A stretch of 64,000 bases of DNA. Origin: Tubulanus polymorphus. Its lineage: Eukaryota > Animalia > Nemertea. Positions 38,416 to 52,622 of this stretch are shown here, piece after piece. The translations under genes were made by a program, and so were the position numbers. The stretch spans positions 24,362,345 through 24,426,344 of the forward strand of contig NC_134028.1 in NCBI RefSeq assembly GCF_964204645.1, in the 5' to 3' direction. How positions within the stretch are numbered: position 1 is the stretch's first letter; each line of letters starts with the position of its first letter. The notes under the pieces were generated by a model. It did no database searches. It was not told where the DNA came from and worked only from the letters and a program-made list of their open reading frames with translations.

Positions 38416-41400
38416 AAAAATGATATCGACATTAGTCATTACTGTGCGCGGCTCAGGAATTCTATTACTATCGTTGTTTTCATTCGACGACGAGGAATGA
38501 AGTCACGATCCACACAACGTCGAAGATGTCAACAACAAAAAAACCTAATTAAGCGAGAGCTTCTCCTTATATAGGTATTACCCTCTCCCATCGGGATTGG
38601 CAATCGGAAACAATAGACGCTAAGTCAAGGTAGCGCGGATAATGGACTGCCGATCATTTAATATGTACAATATATAAACCACGCGCGTTTTTAAGCGAGG
38701 CTTCCGTTCATGTTTATCATAACGATGCAATCCCTAAATAAGCCTCAATATATAAATGGACGAAATGACAAAATTAAATTGAAGAAACATAAGGAGAAGG
38801 ATTATCATTGTTATAAACACTTCATTAACAACGTTTTTATGAAATGGTCCGTGCAGGGATTTAATCGACGAGATAGACAACGCTTTATTCACGTGCGTCG
38901 TTGAATTCTGCGTATTGTTATTCTGGTGATGCGCATTTCCAAAAACCCGAAACCAGGCAATCTTCATCGTGAGCCCCGCGCGTAACACCCATCATTGCCA
39001 CTCAATCTCGCCGAACTCTAGACATCAAATACCGGCTAAACACGATGAAAACACTGTAATCTATGCATCTATCAGTGGTATTTGCATCAATTGCTTCCGC
39101 GGTCACAGTTATACTAAAACGGTGCGCGCTATTTTTGTACCGTTTACATCTTTTCGCCGTTGGTTTTCCTTTAGATCGATGTCCGTCGCTTGTGCGCCGC
39201 TGTTTCTCAACGTTGGCAATTGATTATTTCCTCTTCGAGACGTCATTCACTTGTCGTTATCGTTCCTCGGGGTAAGTTCAGCGACACGACTGTTTTCTGA
39301 ATAAGGCTCATGCACGGAAGTTACAAAATCATAAAGCTTACGTGCGTCATGTTGTCCGTCATAATGGCCGTCAGTGACGTTTAACTATACAGTTAGCCGC
39401 AAAAGCCCAATCCACCCAATACAGGATAACAAGGAATAAAACATGAATGAAGAAGTCCCACAATCGAATTTCAAGTGATCAAATTTATCATAACGAAACC
39501 ACAACGTCCCGACTGATGACTAACAGCCACTATCAGGTGGAATGGTTCATTCCTTCATCTACAGTTTACACAGAGTGCTTTATTCAATTATTAACAGGAA
39601 TCAAACATGTTTGAACTCGGAAAGATTGTTTCCCGAAACCGTATTCTCATAAACGCGCACGAAACTGGGAAGCATAGTATGAATATATAATGATAACATA
39701 TCATATTTGCTCGACAGTTTTGGAGACTTGCAATAGGTAATTACAAAATGATATAATGCGAAGGTCCAAAGGAAATTATAAGCAATTACAAATATTATAG
39801 AAATAACAGTGACATTTGACGGTGATCAAAAATATATGCAGTACTTCGGTAACAACTGTGGTTATAGCAAAGTGCTGTTCCAGTCATTACTTCTATCGGA
39901 TTTTCCAAAACTAAATCTGTAACCGTGGCTACCGTTGTTGCTGAAGTAGTTGGTGGATGTTCTTCGTTAGCGGCTCGGCGGCAATGCAGTAACCGTAGAA
40001 ATCTTCGAGAGTCAAACTATATAGCGCTTAAGGTTGGACGTTGTCCGGTGTAAGTCAATATCAGGTCCATTGCGTGTATTCGAAGCTGTGAAGTGGTGGC
40101 CGCGCTTTCTAACGCTACAGCTAATACACTCTAATTGCCACTCTACCGGCCGGCCTCAACAAGCTCTACCACAGTCTAACGATGAAACTTGAAATTGAGT
40201 TAAAAATCGTACAAGAATGTTACGCAAATTAGAACACGATATTTAGGTAATTCTCTACGATAGAGGTGATATCTCATTGGCGTCACAAGTGTCAGGTCAA
40301 GGTTATCTCTCGGAAAGCTAAGATTGTACCGGATGGGTTACCAAAATGACAGTATATTTGGTCATGTGGACTGCGACTTGTTATTAGGTCATGTGGACTG
40401 CGACTTGTTGTCATATCACGGTTTAGCCCTCTGCTTCAAGTATCGTTCGGACTACAACACCTACCATTCTCTTCCCGTCGATGGTGGCTGGTTTCGTGTG
40501 TTTACCTGAAAAGCGAAAAACGAATTTAGATTAAAGAATAATGAACGAAAGCTTGAGAAGTGAATGCTTTTATTTACAATGAAAACTTCCTTTCGCAGAA
40601 GAAAAAAGAGCGATCCATCTCCTTCAATAAACACTCCATACTGCGGAGTGAAACCTCTACCGGAAATTCAAACAGAATTGCGGTATACCTCAAACCGATA
40701 AGCTGAAAGTGATGGATCTAGCGACGGAAAGTTGGACTGATGATTTAGTCTGAAATCCGTTATTTCCGAATAAGAGCCTACTTCAAAGACCGGCAATGAT
40801 GTGGCCGTATTGGCAATAATATATATAATGCCTGTTGAAATGACTCTTACGACTCAATCAAAGACTTTTCATTTGGCACTGGTCCAGCGTGTATCATGAT
40901 TCCATGTCTTCTCGACTATATTTATATATAGGTCTCGTGTATAACGGTGTATAATCAGATGTATAACGGTTTTTTACACGGATGATTATTTATGGCTGTT
41001 GGGCATCACAGATCAAAGTAGACATTGATGATACATGTAGATTGTAATACGTTCATTACGCGTATATAACGTAGATGTCAATGTGTATGATGCATCAATC
41101 TTGGAGTATTTATTTCCATACGACTGGGACAAAAGACCCAAAGCATCCGTCTAATTCCACCTATGTTCGGGTTTCTGCGTATAGATTGGTTTGAAATTCA
41201 ACCACGGGTTAAATCGAGTATTGAATCAATTCTGATTAACGCCGTCCTCAAATAGATTGACGGATTCCTATTTGACGCCGAAATCGGAGCCAACTTGGTA
41301 TTGCTGACCAGACGTTGGACCTTGTTGCAATAATGTCTTGAATGTCAAGCGTCTACGAAATACAAAAACCATGACTATGAAATGAAATCCTTATTTGTAT

Positions 41401-42573
41401 TAACTAAATTTTTTTGATGGCCATGTCTTTGTTGGTTTATACCCCATGTTGATTTGTACCCACCAGCAAAAATAGAATGCGATGAGAAGTAACGCTTGAA
41501 TAAACGTTATATTAATTTGTGCAATATCAGTTCGAAAAAAGGTCGTTCCAATCAGTAACAATGGTTACTCGTCAGTCGACTGTGGCAATCGAGGATTTCA
41601 CTAGAAGAAAGTGATGATGCACTAATAAAGATGAATAAAAATCGCGCAATATATTGAACCGTAATAGATATAAACATGAGTTCATCTAAAAAACATGATT
41701 TGCCTATAGATCTGTTTTATGTAGGAGGCTAAAAAATCTATAGATGAAAAGGTCAATTTAAAATGAACTTAATTTTAAGAGCTGCTAGTTTTTTGCGCGC
41801 ACCATATCTAGGCGGGTAAGCTCGTGACACGGGCTCCTCGTTGATCAACTCCTGTTTGAATAGTATCCATGACTACTATTGAAAATGCTCCATTCCCTCT
41901 TTGATTTGAAAATATTGAAACAGTTTGCTGGTTGTTTTTCCCGATGAACGGTGCCCTTTTTATTTTCGAGAAAAAAAAGACGAGGCATTTACTTCGCCGG
42001 TATAAAATCGTAGAACTATTAGTTGGTAAAATCGAAGACGCAGTGTCGTGTGACACGCTCCCGGTATATTACACGGGATACCGGAAGTAAGTAGCGAGCG
42101 TGTTTCCCGTGATTTGTCGACGGTAATAGCTAAAACGATGGCGTGTCCCTATTTAAACTACGGAACGTTAAGTCGTTTCTTAATGGTTCGAAAATCGCTC
42201 GGCAATAGGTACACGGTGGAAACATGTTTTGAGATGTTACCTGAGCTTCGTGCAAGATCTTTACTTATTTGACATCTTTGTCGATATTGTATCGTCTATT
42301 TCAAAATCAATTTGCATTAATCCCGCATTCATTCAAAGATTAACCTGCAATTTGTGGAAAAAAGTGAACAGAACTGTGGCCAGTTGTGCCGTTATGGCTT
42401 CAATCCAGCATGTCTAAAAACAACTTAAGACGTAAGACTTAAGACTTACGACCATGTTTGGACTTAAGTCAACGAAATTGGGTCCAGGATCTCTCGTACA
42501 CCCCGGCCAAAATCTGGAAACGGCAGAATTCGTTTGCGTTTGTCTGTGGTGAGTTTTTTTTTTACAAACTTTG

Positions 42574-42770
42574 AAGCCCAACGCACACGGCAAAACATTT
42601 GTTTCGCCAAAAAAAAAAACACGTTCTTCAGAAAACGTTTTTTGCTCGTGAAAAACGTTTTTTTCAGTTCGGTATTTTTTGTTTTGCCTCCCCCGCACAC
42701 GGCATAACAAAAAACATCGAAAGGAAAAAACGAGGAAAAAACGTTTTTTCGGTGCCGTGTGCGTTGGTCT
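42574..42770. mobile_element. related MITE, copy 4
   Basis: aagcccaacgcacacggca ... tgccgtgtgcgttggtct, with internal aaaacgtttt repeats. Confidence 0.6.
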
Positions 42771-44188
42771 GTCATGTATATGCTAACCAATATGGCGTAG
42801 TCAGGTCGATTGGCTGCAATACCTCTGTGGAACCAAATAGAAATAGTAGATTGTGGACAATTTCTGCTCAATCAGAACCAACAAAAATGAATTAATACAT
42901 GTAAATATGAGAGGGAGTGAGAGAGCATTTATTTCACTTAGGGAATTGGTGCTTATTTGGCGTCGATAAAACGCGCCTCCGGTTAATGTATTATGCACCA
43001 GGTTGTTGTGTTTCGTGACGATATTGGCAACGATTTCAGCTCCATCAAATTCCAGCTGCTGCGCAACCTGCTGAGAGTTATTCGACATTGTGTTATTCGA
43101 CATTCGGCACACGCGTTATGCAACCGATGACGAAATAATTGCGATCCGTCGTAAATATTTTACCCGCATCGCTGGTCCGAAACCGGCGCGATATTGGCCA
43201 ATTTTCGACGATGATGTGAGATCCCCGCAGGTCTATAGCATGTGGTATTCCTACCATGTGGATGATTTATATTATGTTCACAAGCACTAAGTCTAAAACT
43301 ATGATAACAGAAATGGATTTTTAGAAGGCTCCGGGCTCAGATCCACAGTCGATCTGGGGAGGTATTTCGGGGATCTTGACTTTGAGGTCACCCCTTTTTC
43401 CAATACGCAGATATCATTAAAACGATCTCACATTCATCCTCTCGGCAATTCGATCCTTTTCGGAAGCTCCGGCCTTACGTGGATTCTATCCGAAAAATAC
43501 CCCCTTTTCTTTTGAACCCCGTAGATGATGCTGGTCCTGAGAAACGAGCCAGTTCCGCGGTTGTGGTCACAGTCAACTCAACAAAATTCGCAATTACAAT
43601 CAAATTTGTAGGAACTGGAACCACAGTTTGACCAGCCATCGTCAGTGCTAGGTTTGAGAATTTCGATACTATATCTGAACTACGTCGTGCTCGTTGTAAA
43701 ACATGTCATAACTGTGATTAATAAGTTTCAGGATCGCGTCGTGAGTAATTGCTCTAAGTCAAACAGTAATATACACGTCAACTTAAAATCATCGTGTACT
43801 GTTTGTTCGACAATTCATATCCGCTACGAACCTGCTTCCGTAGCGCATACACCTTCGTGTGTACGCTACACCGCGATACAGTCTAGGGCTAAATTCACTG
43901 TTTCTGACACCTAGGCAATACAGATTCAAGCGTCTTTCGCGATTCTATACTCAAGTTATGAACGTTACAGAAAAAGTGATATCAAACATTGAAATTTCAA
44001 CCGGTTAAGTCATTCATGTCAATCCATTTTCCTATCTAACTGAATTACATATTTTCTGACAATATACATTGTTTTGGGGATGTAAAATCCATCTCAGATC
44101 CTCCAGAGGTATCGATAATTATCACAGACCTCCACAAGCACCCATGTTTATAGAGGTCCAGTCATGGTCAATATACTCCACCTTACAC

Positions 44189-44378
44189 GGTAGCGTTGGG
44201 GCTGCTGTAAATATTTCACAAAGTTGAGAATCAGGGAACTCTGTAGCGTTGGAACTGCTGTAACTATTTCACTGCAGAGTTGAGAATCGGGGACCTCAGT
44301 CGTGTTGAGACTGCTGTAAATATTTCACCGAGTTGAGAATCAGGGAACTCGGTAGCTTTAGGACTGCTGTAAATATTT
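44189..44378. repeat. about 54-bp tandem repeat, about 3.5 copies
   Basis: Unit approximately ggtagcgttggggctgctgtaaatatttcacaaagttgagaatcagggaactc. Confidence 0.85.
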
Positions 44379-45480
44379 TAATTATTGTTGTCTTCTGTAT
44401 TTGAATTTTCAGTTGATTCATCTGAGAAACAGTTAACCCCCGATATCTGGAGTTTACTGCATTTCCACAATTTCCACGTCATTTCATTGCGTATGAACAT
44501 GATGGCGTTCTTCTTATTCTACATTCTACGCTTTGTTCTTACGCATTGAAATCTAGTGCGAGAAAGACCTCAGATAGAATATGTTTACTAATTCTAACGT
44601 GTATAAGTCATATCGCGGCTATATTAACGATAGAAGCTTTATGGTCGGTTTTCGTCGCACGCTTTTCGTACCAATTACGCGCGAGCAATTTGTTTACCTT
44701 AGGCCTCTCATTTACAAGAGTTATCACCACATAGCGTCGACTTGATGGAACAAAATGTCTTCTGTCAGATGAGACGCCCTTTCCGCAATAAAAGAATCCA
44801 TTTGTCAGATTTCACGACAAGCAAGCGGCGATGATAGTCTCTCTCAACGAATATCGCTTCAAATCAAATCTGATTGGTCGCGTAAAATATCATTCCTGCG
44901 TGATCGTCTTTTCGACAAAACTACCATCTGCAAACATCGTTATCATTATTACTATCGATGACAATGACAGTAAACATAGTATTAAAAACAATGATAATAA
45001 TAATAACAATAATTGATTAGAATTCTTTAAAAGAAAGTTTTCATAGCATATTCAGTCTGTGAACAATAGATGAATCGATCAATCACCCAACCTTTTAACA
45101 ACTCAATAGCGTTTACTCGATATTGTTTGAAAACCTAAAAAAAATCAATGATCGTCGTCATTAAACATTGTAACACCAGCGCCGGTAATCCATTTATTTG
45201 GAGACAGGCGTGGTAGTTTTAAAGCACGTGAGACTTTATCACGATCTATCAATTTACCCGCACGAAACAAGCGGCGAAACGTAGTTTATCAATCATTCGG
45301 GCTATAATTCCCTTTTAAATCGAATACTAATATGATCGATGGTCTAAACAGCCAGCCAAGTGTAAGCCAGCCAAGTATTACGAGTGTTTTACGATTATCT
45401 CCGTCCCGATACACCCGATCAGCTCAGAGTCAGGACAGACCGTGTATCCATTTTACTTGAAACTAGTGATCAGGCCCGGC

Positions 45481-45587
45481 CCAGTTTCACAAAACGGACT
45501 AAGGTCTTAATCGATTCAAGATAAACTGAATTAATGAAGAAATTAAATCGATTTAAGAGTTAAACCTTTTTGTTTTTGTGAAACTGG
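45481..45587. mobile_element. palindromic MITE-like element
   Basis: ccagtttcacaaaa ... ttttgtgaaactgg inverted repeats. Confidence 0.55.
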
Positions 45588-48143
45588 TATTAACTTCAAC
45601 CGCCTCCCTGCTTTAACCAAGGGGCTAACTAAATTGAAAATGAATCGAGTACCCACACCCTAGTTAAAGTGTCTATAAAGCTGGCGCCGTGCTTCCCTGC
45701 TTCATGAGCGTCGTGAATCGATTCCTTTTGTCGATGTACAACAAACCAAAAATAGAAGTTTGATTATTTTTAAAATGTCTCCAATTCGCATTAATGTCTA
45801 ATTCTACTTCTATTCTTTGAAAGAAATGTTCACCATAAAAACAACGATTTTATACAAATGAACATAAATCACCATTTTAAACGCACACAATCTGGTCGCA
45901 AAGACAATAAAATTGACATTATGTTTTATGCAAAGTCATTACGTATGGCTTCAAATGGTAATTTCAAACGCCGCGTAATTACTCGAGCCCGACTAGTGCC
46001 AGGCGGAGAGCAGCGACAGCAACACCTGCCATCAGTAATATTCATTCAAGGCTTCTTTCTTCATTAATTACTCTCTGTGAGTCTTTGTACACTCGCCGAT
46101 TATATAAGCCGACGCTTGTATTATGTATGAAATTGACAGTTTTTTTTCGTTGCGGATAAGTTGGTACCGAACGTATAAAGTAGCAGGCCGTACTTATTCG
46201 CTGTTCGAGCTATCGAGGTATATATTCAGTTTATCATCTTTTATCGCCAGTCAGTGTTGTACAGGGTAGGTGCAAATTAAAATATCACGATAAGATTTGG
46301 TATCATGAACTGGGAATTCACAATTTGCGGTAAGCGGCAATAGATTCAGCAGCAAAGGACAGTTGCCCAAGCACCAGTCTTCGTTCTTAGCTCATTTTGA
46401 GGTTATTACCTAACTAAGCACTCTAGGACTAAAGTCACGAAGTATTTGTGCATCTTCTACAGGGACCGAAATATATTGAAGTAAGTGGCATTTTTATCAT
46501 AGACTCGTGTTGCATTGCTAGTTGTGCATAAAACAAAGTACAATGCAGATGTGGAATCGTATGACACGTATTCTTATGCTGTGCCTGTCTAATGAGGTGT
46601 CTACATCTACGTGAGATCGCGGAATAAGAGCCTAATTTCATAATTATCCATACGTCGTCGAGCGTCGTTTTTGGTGAAGAAACGTCTTGGCAAATATGAT
46701 AAATAATTAATTGAGTTTACGATTGTGTGATCTGAGAAGCGCTCCGGAAGACGAGTTACAGATGCTATCTCGGGTGTGCGTGTTCCAAGCGCTGAACGAG
46801 CGACGTCGAAGCAAGCAGGTTTGATCATCCTTCCATCAAACGTTATATCGTCTGCGATACACGAGCGAGAATACAACTGTCAGAATTAGTTAACGACGTC
46901 CTCAACTGAGCTGGTTGAACATGAAAGCCATTCTCCTCTCTCATCGACCCAGGTTTAGTTCGGTCAAAAACTGCAACTTTTGACACATTTCAAATAAGTT
47001 TCATGATACAGATATATAGCGGATGAACACACTAAGCTTCCGTTAACGAAATTAGTTTTTCATGCGAGTACAACAAAATGTGGCTCCGTAAAATATAAAG
47101 TGTGTTCGAGACACATTCGCGAAAACTATCCGTTTATTGTAATAAGCTCATTTCGATACTCTTTCTTCCAATTTTTGACGCCGTAAAAAGAATGATGCTT
47201 GTATACATCGGTGAGCGTTATTTAAGGGTGTTGCGCACACGTCATCAATATTGGCGTTTCAAAATAAAAGAATTGAAAATTTCGAATCTTTGCATCATTT
47301 GTTTTGTAATTAGATATACTCTACATATTATTATATTTGATAAATCTGATTCTACGCCATCAATACATCGGGACAAGACTGGTTGCCGGTCAATCCAATT
47401 CAATTATCGATATATTCAAACTCAAAATAACTTTATTGATCCTTAATGTTGTGTCGTTTTATGTTATATTTTCTATTTTCGACAATGTGTTATTTTTCAA
47501 GGCGTCAATACACTATCAAGTTTTTTTTTTTGTTTTGATACATTTGAGGTGGTGTCTCACGAGTGAACGACGTATATCATATAATTTTGAAGATTTATTC
47601 TAAGACTGCGACTATTGAACCCTGGATACAGTATATTTAAGTGAAACACTACGGTTTTATATCTTCGCGTTGAAAATTGTTTATCATACAAGAAGATGTT
47701 TAATAGAAAATCTATTTCGGCGGCGTAAACAGCGACTTCCATTCATTCATTCGCTACATCACCTACTAAGAAAAATAACGAAATTGCAACTACGTAACGC
47801 GACCTCATTCAATTCGTATTTATTCGTATTTCATTTGTATGCGACTTACTGCGAGGCATTCATACAATAGAACACTAGGATTGATATTCAACCCGAGGGA
47901 AAATAATTATGTGTTCGGAAACGAACGTACGGAAAAAATCACTTTCATATCGCGCAAGGAGAAAATTATATTTTCCCTTTGCTCGCTCGAGGGTCTATAC
48001 TCGCTTCAGGCGTAGTTACCGTCTCCGAATGAAATTTGTCTGACGTTTTTGTTATCAACAGTTAAATTCCAGTTTATGAATTCACATATAAATCTGCTAT
48101 GTTTTGTATTGTAGGTATATAATCTAACGAGGAACTCGTAACC

Positions 48144-48821
48144 ATGGAAGCTACGGATTATAATCAAGCTAACCACAGTTTTATCGTTACATTTCAAGTA
48201 ATGGGTGACAATCAGACCTATAAAGCTATTGTCGGTAATAAATTCCATACTCCTACCAAAGATTACGACTCTATCGGAGCCGTGTATTACGTCATAGCCG
48301 TTATATTAATATACGGGATCAGTATCGTGTTGTTGATTGCGGCTACGGTGCGCGGACGCAGAACTGTACGCTACCTTGACCAGCAGATCAACAACTATTT
48401 CAAGGACATGGAGAACTTACGAACAAAAGGTAACGTGGAGACCTTCCGGGAAATGACGAAAAACGAACTACCGACTGCGTGCGCAACTACTTCGACGAAC
48501 GAACAACTTCCGTTGATAACTGAACACGTGGACGAACCGTGTGTTAAGTCCTGTCCACCAGGGGGTGCTGTGTGCCATCTAGATGAACCGTTTTCGGACA
48601 TGGAAGAGTCTGTGAGTTCGTACTACGAACAGAACAGGTCGATGGTAGATGTAACCGAACCGCGTATATTACTAGAGCGACCCGAATTGAACCCAATCAG
48701 TCAACGGGTAGGCATCAACGACGGAGGGAGCCTCAGTGTCCCGCCATCGCCGAGATCCGAAATCCGAGTTCAAATCGAAGACAGTAATAGCTTTCACGGC
48801 TCTTACGAATCGTTTCTGTGA
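48144..48821 (+). CDS. uncharacterised single-pass membrane protein, 225 aa, KCNE-like topology, single coding exon
   Basis: Acceptor gttttgtattgtag ends at 48114; strong Kozak accATGG; no signal peptide; sequons NHS and NQT; one TM helix AVYYVIAVILIYGISIVLLIAATV followed by RGRR; acidic Ser/Pro-rich tail; AATAAA at 49350. Confidence 0.8.
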   Translation: MEATDYNQANHSFIVTFQVMGDNQTYKAIVGNKFHTPTKDYDSIGAVYYVIAVILIYGISIVLLIAATVRGRRTVRYLDQQINNYFKDMENLRTKGNVETFREMTKNELPTACATTSTNEQLPLITEHVDEPCVKSCPPGGAVCHLDEPFSDMEESVSSYYEQNRSMVDVTEPRILLERPELNPISQRVGINDGGSLSVPPSPRSEIRVQIEDSNSFHGSYESFL

Positions 48822-50380
48822 TATCTCTGATTGTATATATCACAACCGTCGTCTTTAGTTTTCGATATTAGAATTGAAAATTCGAACTTCATGGTCTTTG
48901 ATTTCGCGGATTATTTCTGAATTAAGATCGCAAAAAAATCAATGCTAAATTGAAACAGAAAAGAAGGAAATTTATCAAAGAAAACAAGATAATTAACAAA
49001 AATAGTGTTTTTGTAATTGGACAGTGGGACTCGAACCTACTGCTGAATCAAGTGCTAGATGTAACTGTTAGCGTCCAAAGAGTTTTAAATATTGCCAAAT
49101 TTTTGATCTTATAAAAGTTTGAACCACGACGTATCCAAAGGGTTTTGATTTCAACATACAATATAGCATCTACATGTTATAACGCTGTTATCTTAACGCT
49201 GGATTTTAAGTAAGGGTGAGACAGTAGAAACGTCTGTCTGCCATATTCTCATTCTAACTGTTTGTCACGTATTGTACATATTTTTTATCAGCCGTACGAC
49301 AATACATTGTATGATGTTCGTGAATGTTTGAATTAATACGTGTAGACGAAATAAAGTAAATTCTTTATAGAATGTTTTCCATTGACGTTTCCCCAAGCGC
49401 AGTTTTTAGAATTCCATCTATTACTATTCCAAAAACATAAAGAGTTTATGCAGAAAATGTATATGATAGATGATTCATACAGCGAGATTGGTTGCTGGTT
49501 TGAAGATGCATTTAATGAATGTGGAAAGAGATTTGAAAGGTTCTCAATGTGACATGAATCTGATTTATTTAATTTAGTTATTTACACGAGTCTTACATTA
49601 CTAGGACACCAAGTGAGCTTGATAGCTTTGTGCGCTGAAACCAAAAATACATTATTTACTTAAACTATGAATTACATAATCAGGCAAACCAGAGATATGT
49701 GAATCTTCTTCGTCATCGTTTCCATGCGAGCAGCACATGTAGTAGGAACCCTTCGAGGATTCTCTCATGGCCGCTCTCCGCAATTTTGTAATTGTTATTC
49801 ACAGCTAACAAAATGAAATAGCGGACACGTTGAGGATACATTTCTGGGAGTCCCAACTCTGTGTGAAAAATATAGCCTCCTACGACGAATTTCAAACGCT
49901 CAAAGAAACGTCCATCGAAGAATACCACATGCGCCATCTTTTGATAGAAATCGATTTCTGATTTCACATCAGCGGAAAAGATGCAATTAAATATAATTGG
50001 CCACTTAATCATCATTCTCTGTAATCCTTGAATTAGAAACTTGATGGGGATATGACGAACTAAGCGAATAAAGTCGAAGTAGTATAATCATCCACAAGAG
50101 GCTGAAAACTCAAGCGCTGTTGAAAACTTTCAAAGGTTTCAAGTACGTCGTAATTAAACCTCGTATTCTACTGCTTCGTTATAGAATCAATGCATTCATC
50201 ACCAGCTACCAGAGACTAATTAATGTACTTCACGTAAAAAGGACTTATTACGATTATTACGATTTGAAGTGATTGGAAAAAAGAGTAAATTTTTCTGCCC
50301 CATTCCGTGACAACGAAATGAGTTGGATATGTAAATTTGGAGACCTGACAAGACTTCAAGATTAACTCAATTCCGTGGAA

Positions 50381-50630
50381 TCTTACAACTAAGACCAGTC
50401 TAAGCTTATTCTGGTTCTCAACGTGAGATTAGTCAGATACCATCTTGTTTCTATAGCTAATCTTAACAAATTAAGACCAGTCTATGCTCGTTCTAGTTCT
50501 TTAGCCACTCTATGAACTTACGACCAAGACCAAGACCAAGACCAATTAAGACCAATCTATAAGGTCATATTGGTTCTATAGCCAATCTTACAAATTAAGA
50601 CCAATCTATAAGGCCATCTTGGTTCTAATC
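50381..50630. repeat. degenerate about 45-bp tandem repeat
   Basis: Recurring taagacca(g/a)tcta...tggttcta...gccaatctta units. Confidence 0.7.
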
Positions 50631-50678
50631 TAACAACCTGAAATCGGTCTTAAAGCCCTCTTTTAAGACTAATGTTAC

Positions 50679-50714
50679 CATAGAACTCAAATCAGATTGA
50701 ATTGGGTTCTTATG
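50679..50714. mobile_element. second copy of the 36-bp hairpin element
   Basis: catagaactcaaatcagattgaattgggttcttatg, flanked by ATGTTAC / ACGTTAC (6/7 match). Confidence 0.6.
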
Positions 50715-50934
50715 ACGTTACGTACGATTGTAAAACTAGGCGATGGTAAAGAACAGCTGATGATTTTTGGTGGCATCGAAACTCCTCCCAGTTCATCAAT
50801 TCATATTACAATGACTAGCCGTTCTTTAGTAGACCGAGGCCATAAAACGAAATATCATATAAAGCTTTCAACGTTTTAGTATTATTATTGTAACAGGCTT
50901 GAGGCAGAGCAACTGGTGCCATCGGCATCATCAA

Positions 50935-50948
50935 GTTTCCATGGCGAC
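50935..50948. promoter_or_regulatory. RFX X-box-like motif upstream of the PKD1-family gene
   Basis: GTTTCCATGGCGAC, about 310 bp upstream of the ATG; close to the GTTNCCATGGNAAC consensus. Confidence 0.55.
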
Positions 50949-51255
50949 GAAACGGCCGGAGCGCTGATGGAAACTTTCCCCCATCTCGCGCGACTAACAT
51001 ACGTCGCGGGTCTGTCTCGCGTTTGGAATTGATTTGTTAGTAAGGTTATGCAGTTTTAATATAAACTAAAGGCGAAATTCGTGCAACGATTTATCCGACG
51101 ATTAGCGAAGCAAAAGCGTAATACTAATTACCGATAACACGAAACGGAGTCTTTCCTTCGTTGGGACGATATATACACGCACCCGAACTGCGCAAAGAAA
51201 AGCTGAGCGATGGAAACGTGAATTTTTCGATAACGCGGAATAAAACCTCGGAAAA

Positions 51256-51288
51256 ATGGCGAAAATACTATTATTATTCGTTCTAAAC
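51256..51288 (+). CDS. PKD1: polycystin-1-family gene, first coding segment (MAKILLLFVLN)
   Basis: aaaaATGGCG start, hydrophobic run, donor AAAC|GTGAGT (phase 0). Joins the next microexon to give a complete signal peptide. Confidence 0.6.
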
Positions 51289-52558
51289 GTGAGTATATGT
51301 TAAAGAAAAAAACCGTTTGTGGTGTTCGTATTTGAAAACTAATTAACGAAAGACAATTGGGCTGCAAAAATTAAATGGTTATAGCGGAAAATGTTTTTTG
51401 AATGGATCTTAAAAATTTCTATTTGTTTTGTTGATAACGATGAATAGAAAAAATGCGCAAGCATCGGACGCCTATCATTATCGGAGTTATATAATTAGGA
51501 AAGCTCATGTTTTTTTTAGAAATGATAATCCATGTTTTCCCATGAGAAATATAGCTGGATTTATCCAGGGAATTACTTTCAGTATTTCATTACTAAACAG
51601 TAAGATTAATAAATACAAATTATTTATACGTTTCGTGTAACGGATAATTTTCATAACCTTATCAATTTGAATTGTGCAATGATAAATTTTTTGCGGTGAT
51701 ACCGGCGCACACCGCTATTTATACTAACGGATATCTATCTGAAATATATAGAACAAAATAATATTCCACATTCTATTCATGATCGAAGAGATTTGGTTTT
51801 AATTCATTTTGAATTTCGTTGATAAAAATTGCTATTGTGATGCCTGATTGCTTTTTTGTTGTCCATATAAACCAAGGAAATTAAATTAATTAATATGAGA
51901 ATAAAATTTTGTTTTCAAAATTCTCTTCGTGCAGCTGGCAACTTTTAGAACAGTTTCCTGTTTCTTTAACGAATTGAGCAATTTCTAAACCACTTTCTGG
52001 CAAATATACAATAGAATAAACGTATCGAGTGTAATTGTAACATAGAAACAAACGAGTCCTTGAGATAAGTTTTTGAAAATATAGAATTTCTGCCAGACTA
52101 CCAGTAACAAAGGATCGGAACAGCATCGACATTTTTGGTACCATTGCATCACTGTATCCACACACATACACATGCATACATGTGTATACGTATATACTTG
52201 AAATATTTATAAGCAGTACAAAGAGATTATTGGAGTTGACTTTTTCGATAGGAAATGGCTTTTAGCGTCACTCTTCATTCGAAAACTGCCGCTGAGTGTC
52301 AATCAATACCGAAGTAGTAGCCGGAAGTTGTATACAGTCCATTTCAAACCGTTGCATAATTGATAAGATATCTGACCTCGCTTAGAATCACTATAAACGA
52401 AATACCAACACGTTGAATATATATTATTTCCACGCGATTCAGGTTTTTCAGAATCTTCACCACGCGCGACGTTTTGTCGTCGTCGTCGTCGTCGTCTTTA
52501 AACCAATGATCATCTCATCTTGGTAAACGTATTATCTTTATCATTTACCGTATTCCTA

Positions 52559-52622
52559 AAGCCCAGTCCACGCGGAAAAACGAAAATATGTCGAAAAACG
52601 TTGCCGTGTGTGCGTTGGGCTT
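52559..52622. mobile_element. related MITE, short copy 5
   Basis: aagcccagtccacgcgg ... ccgtgtgtgcgttgggctt. Confidence 0.45.

Noticed and set aside
38181-38432. poly-His and poly-Met ORFs
   Set aside because: Translations of a (CAT)n microsatellite.
50674-50686. GTTACCATAGAAC as another X-box
   Set aside because: Created by the junction of the 36-bp hairpin insertion and its TSD; imperfect match.
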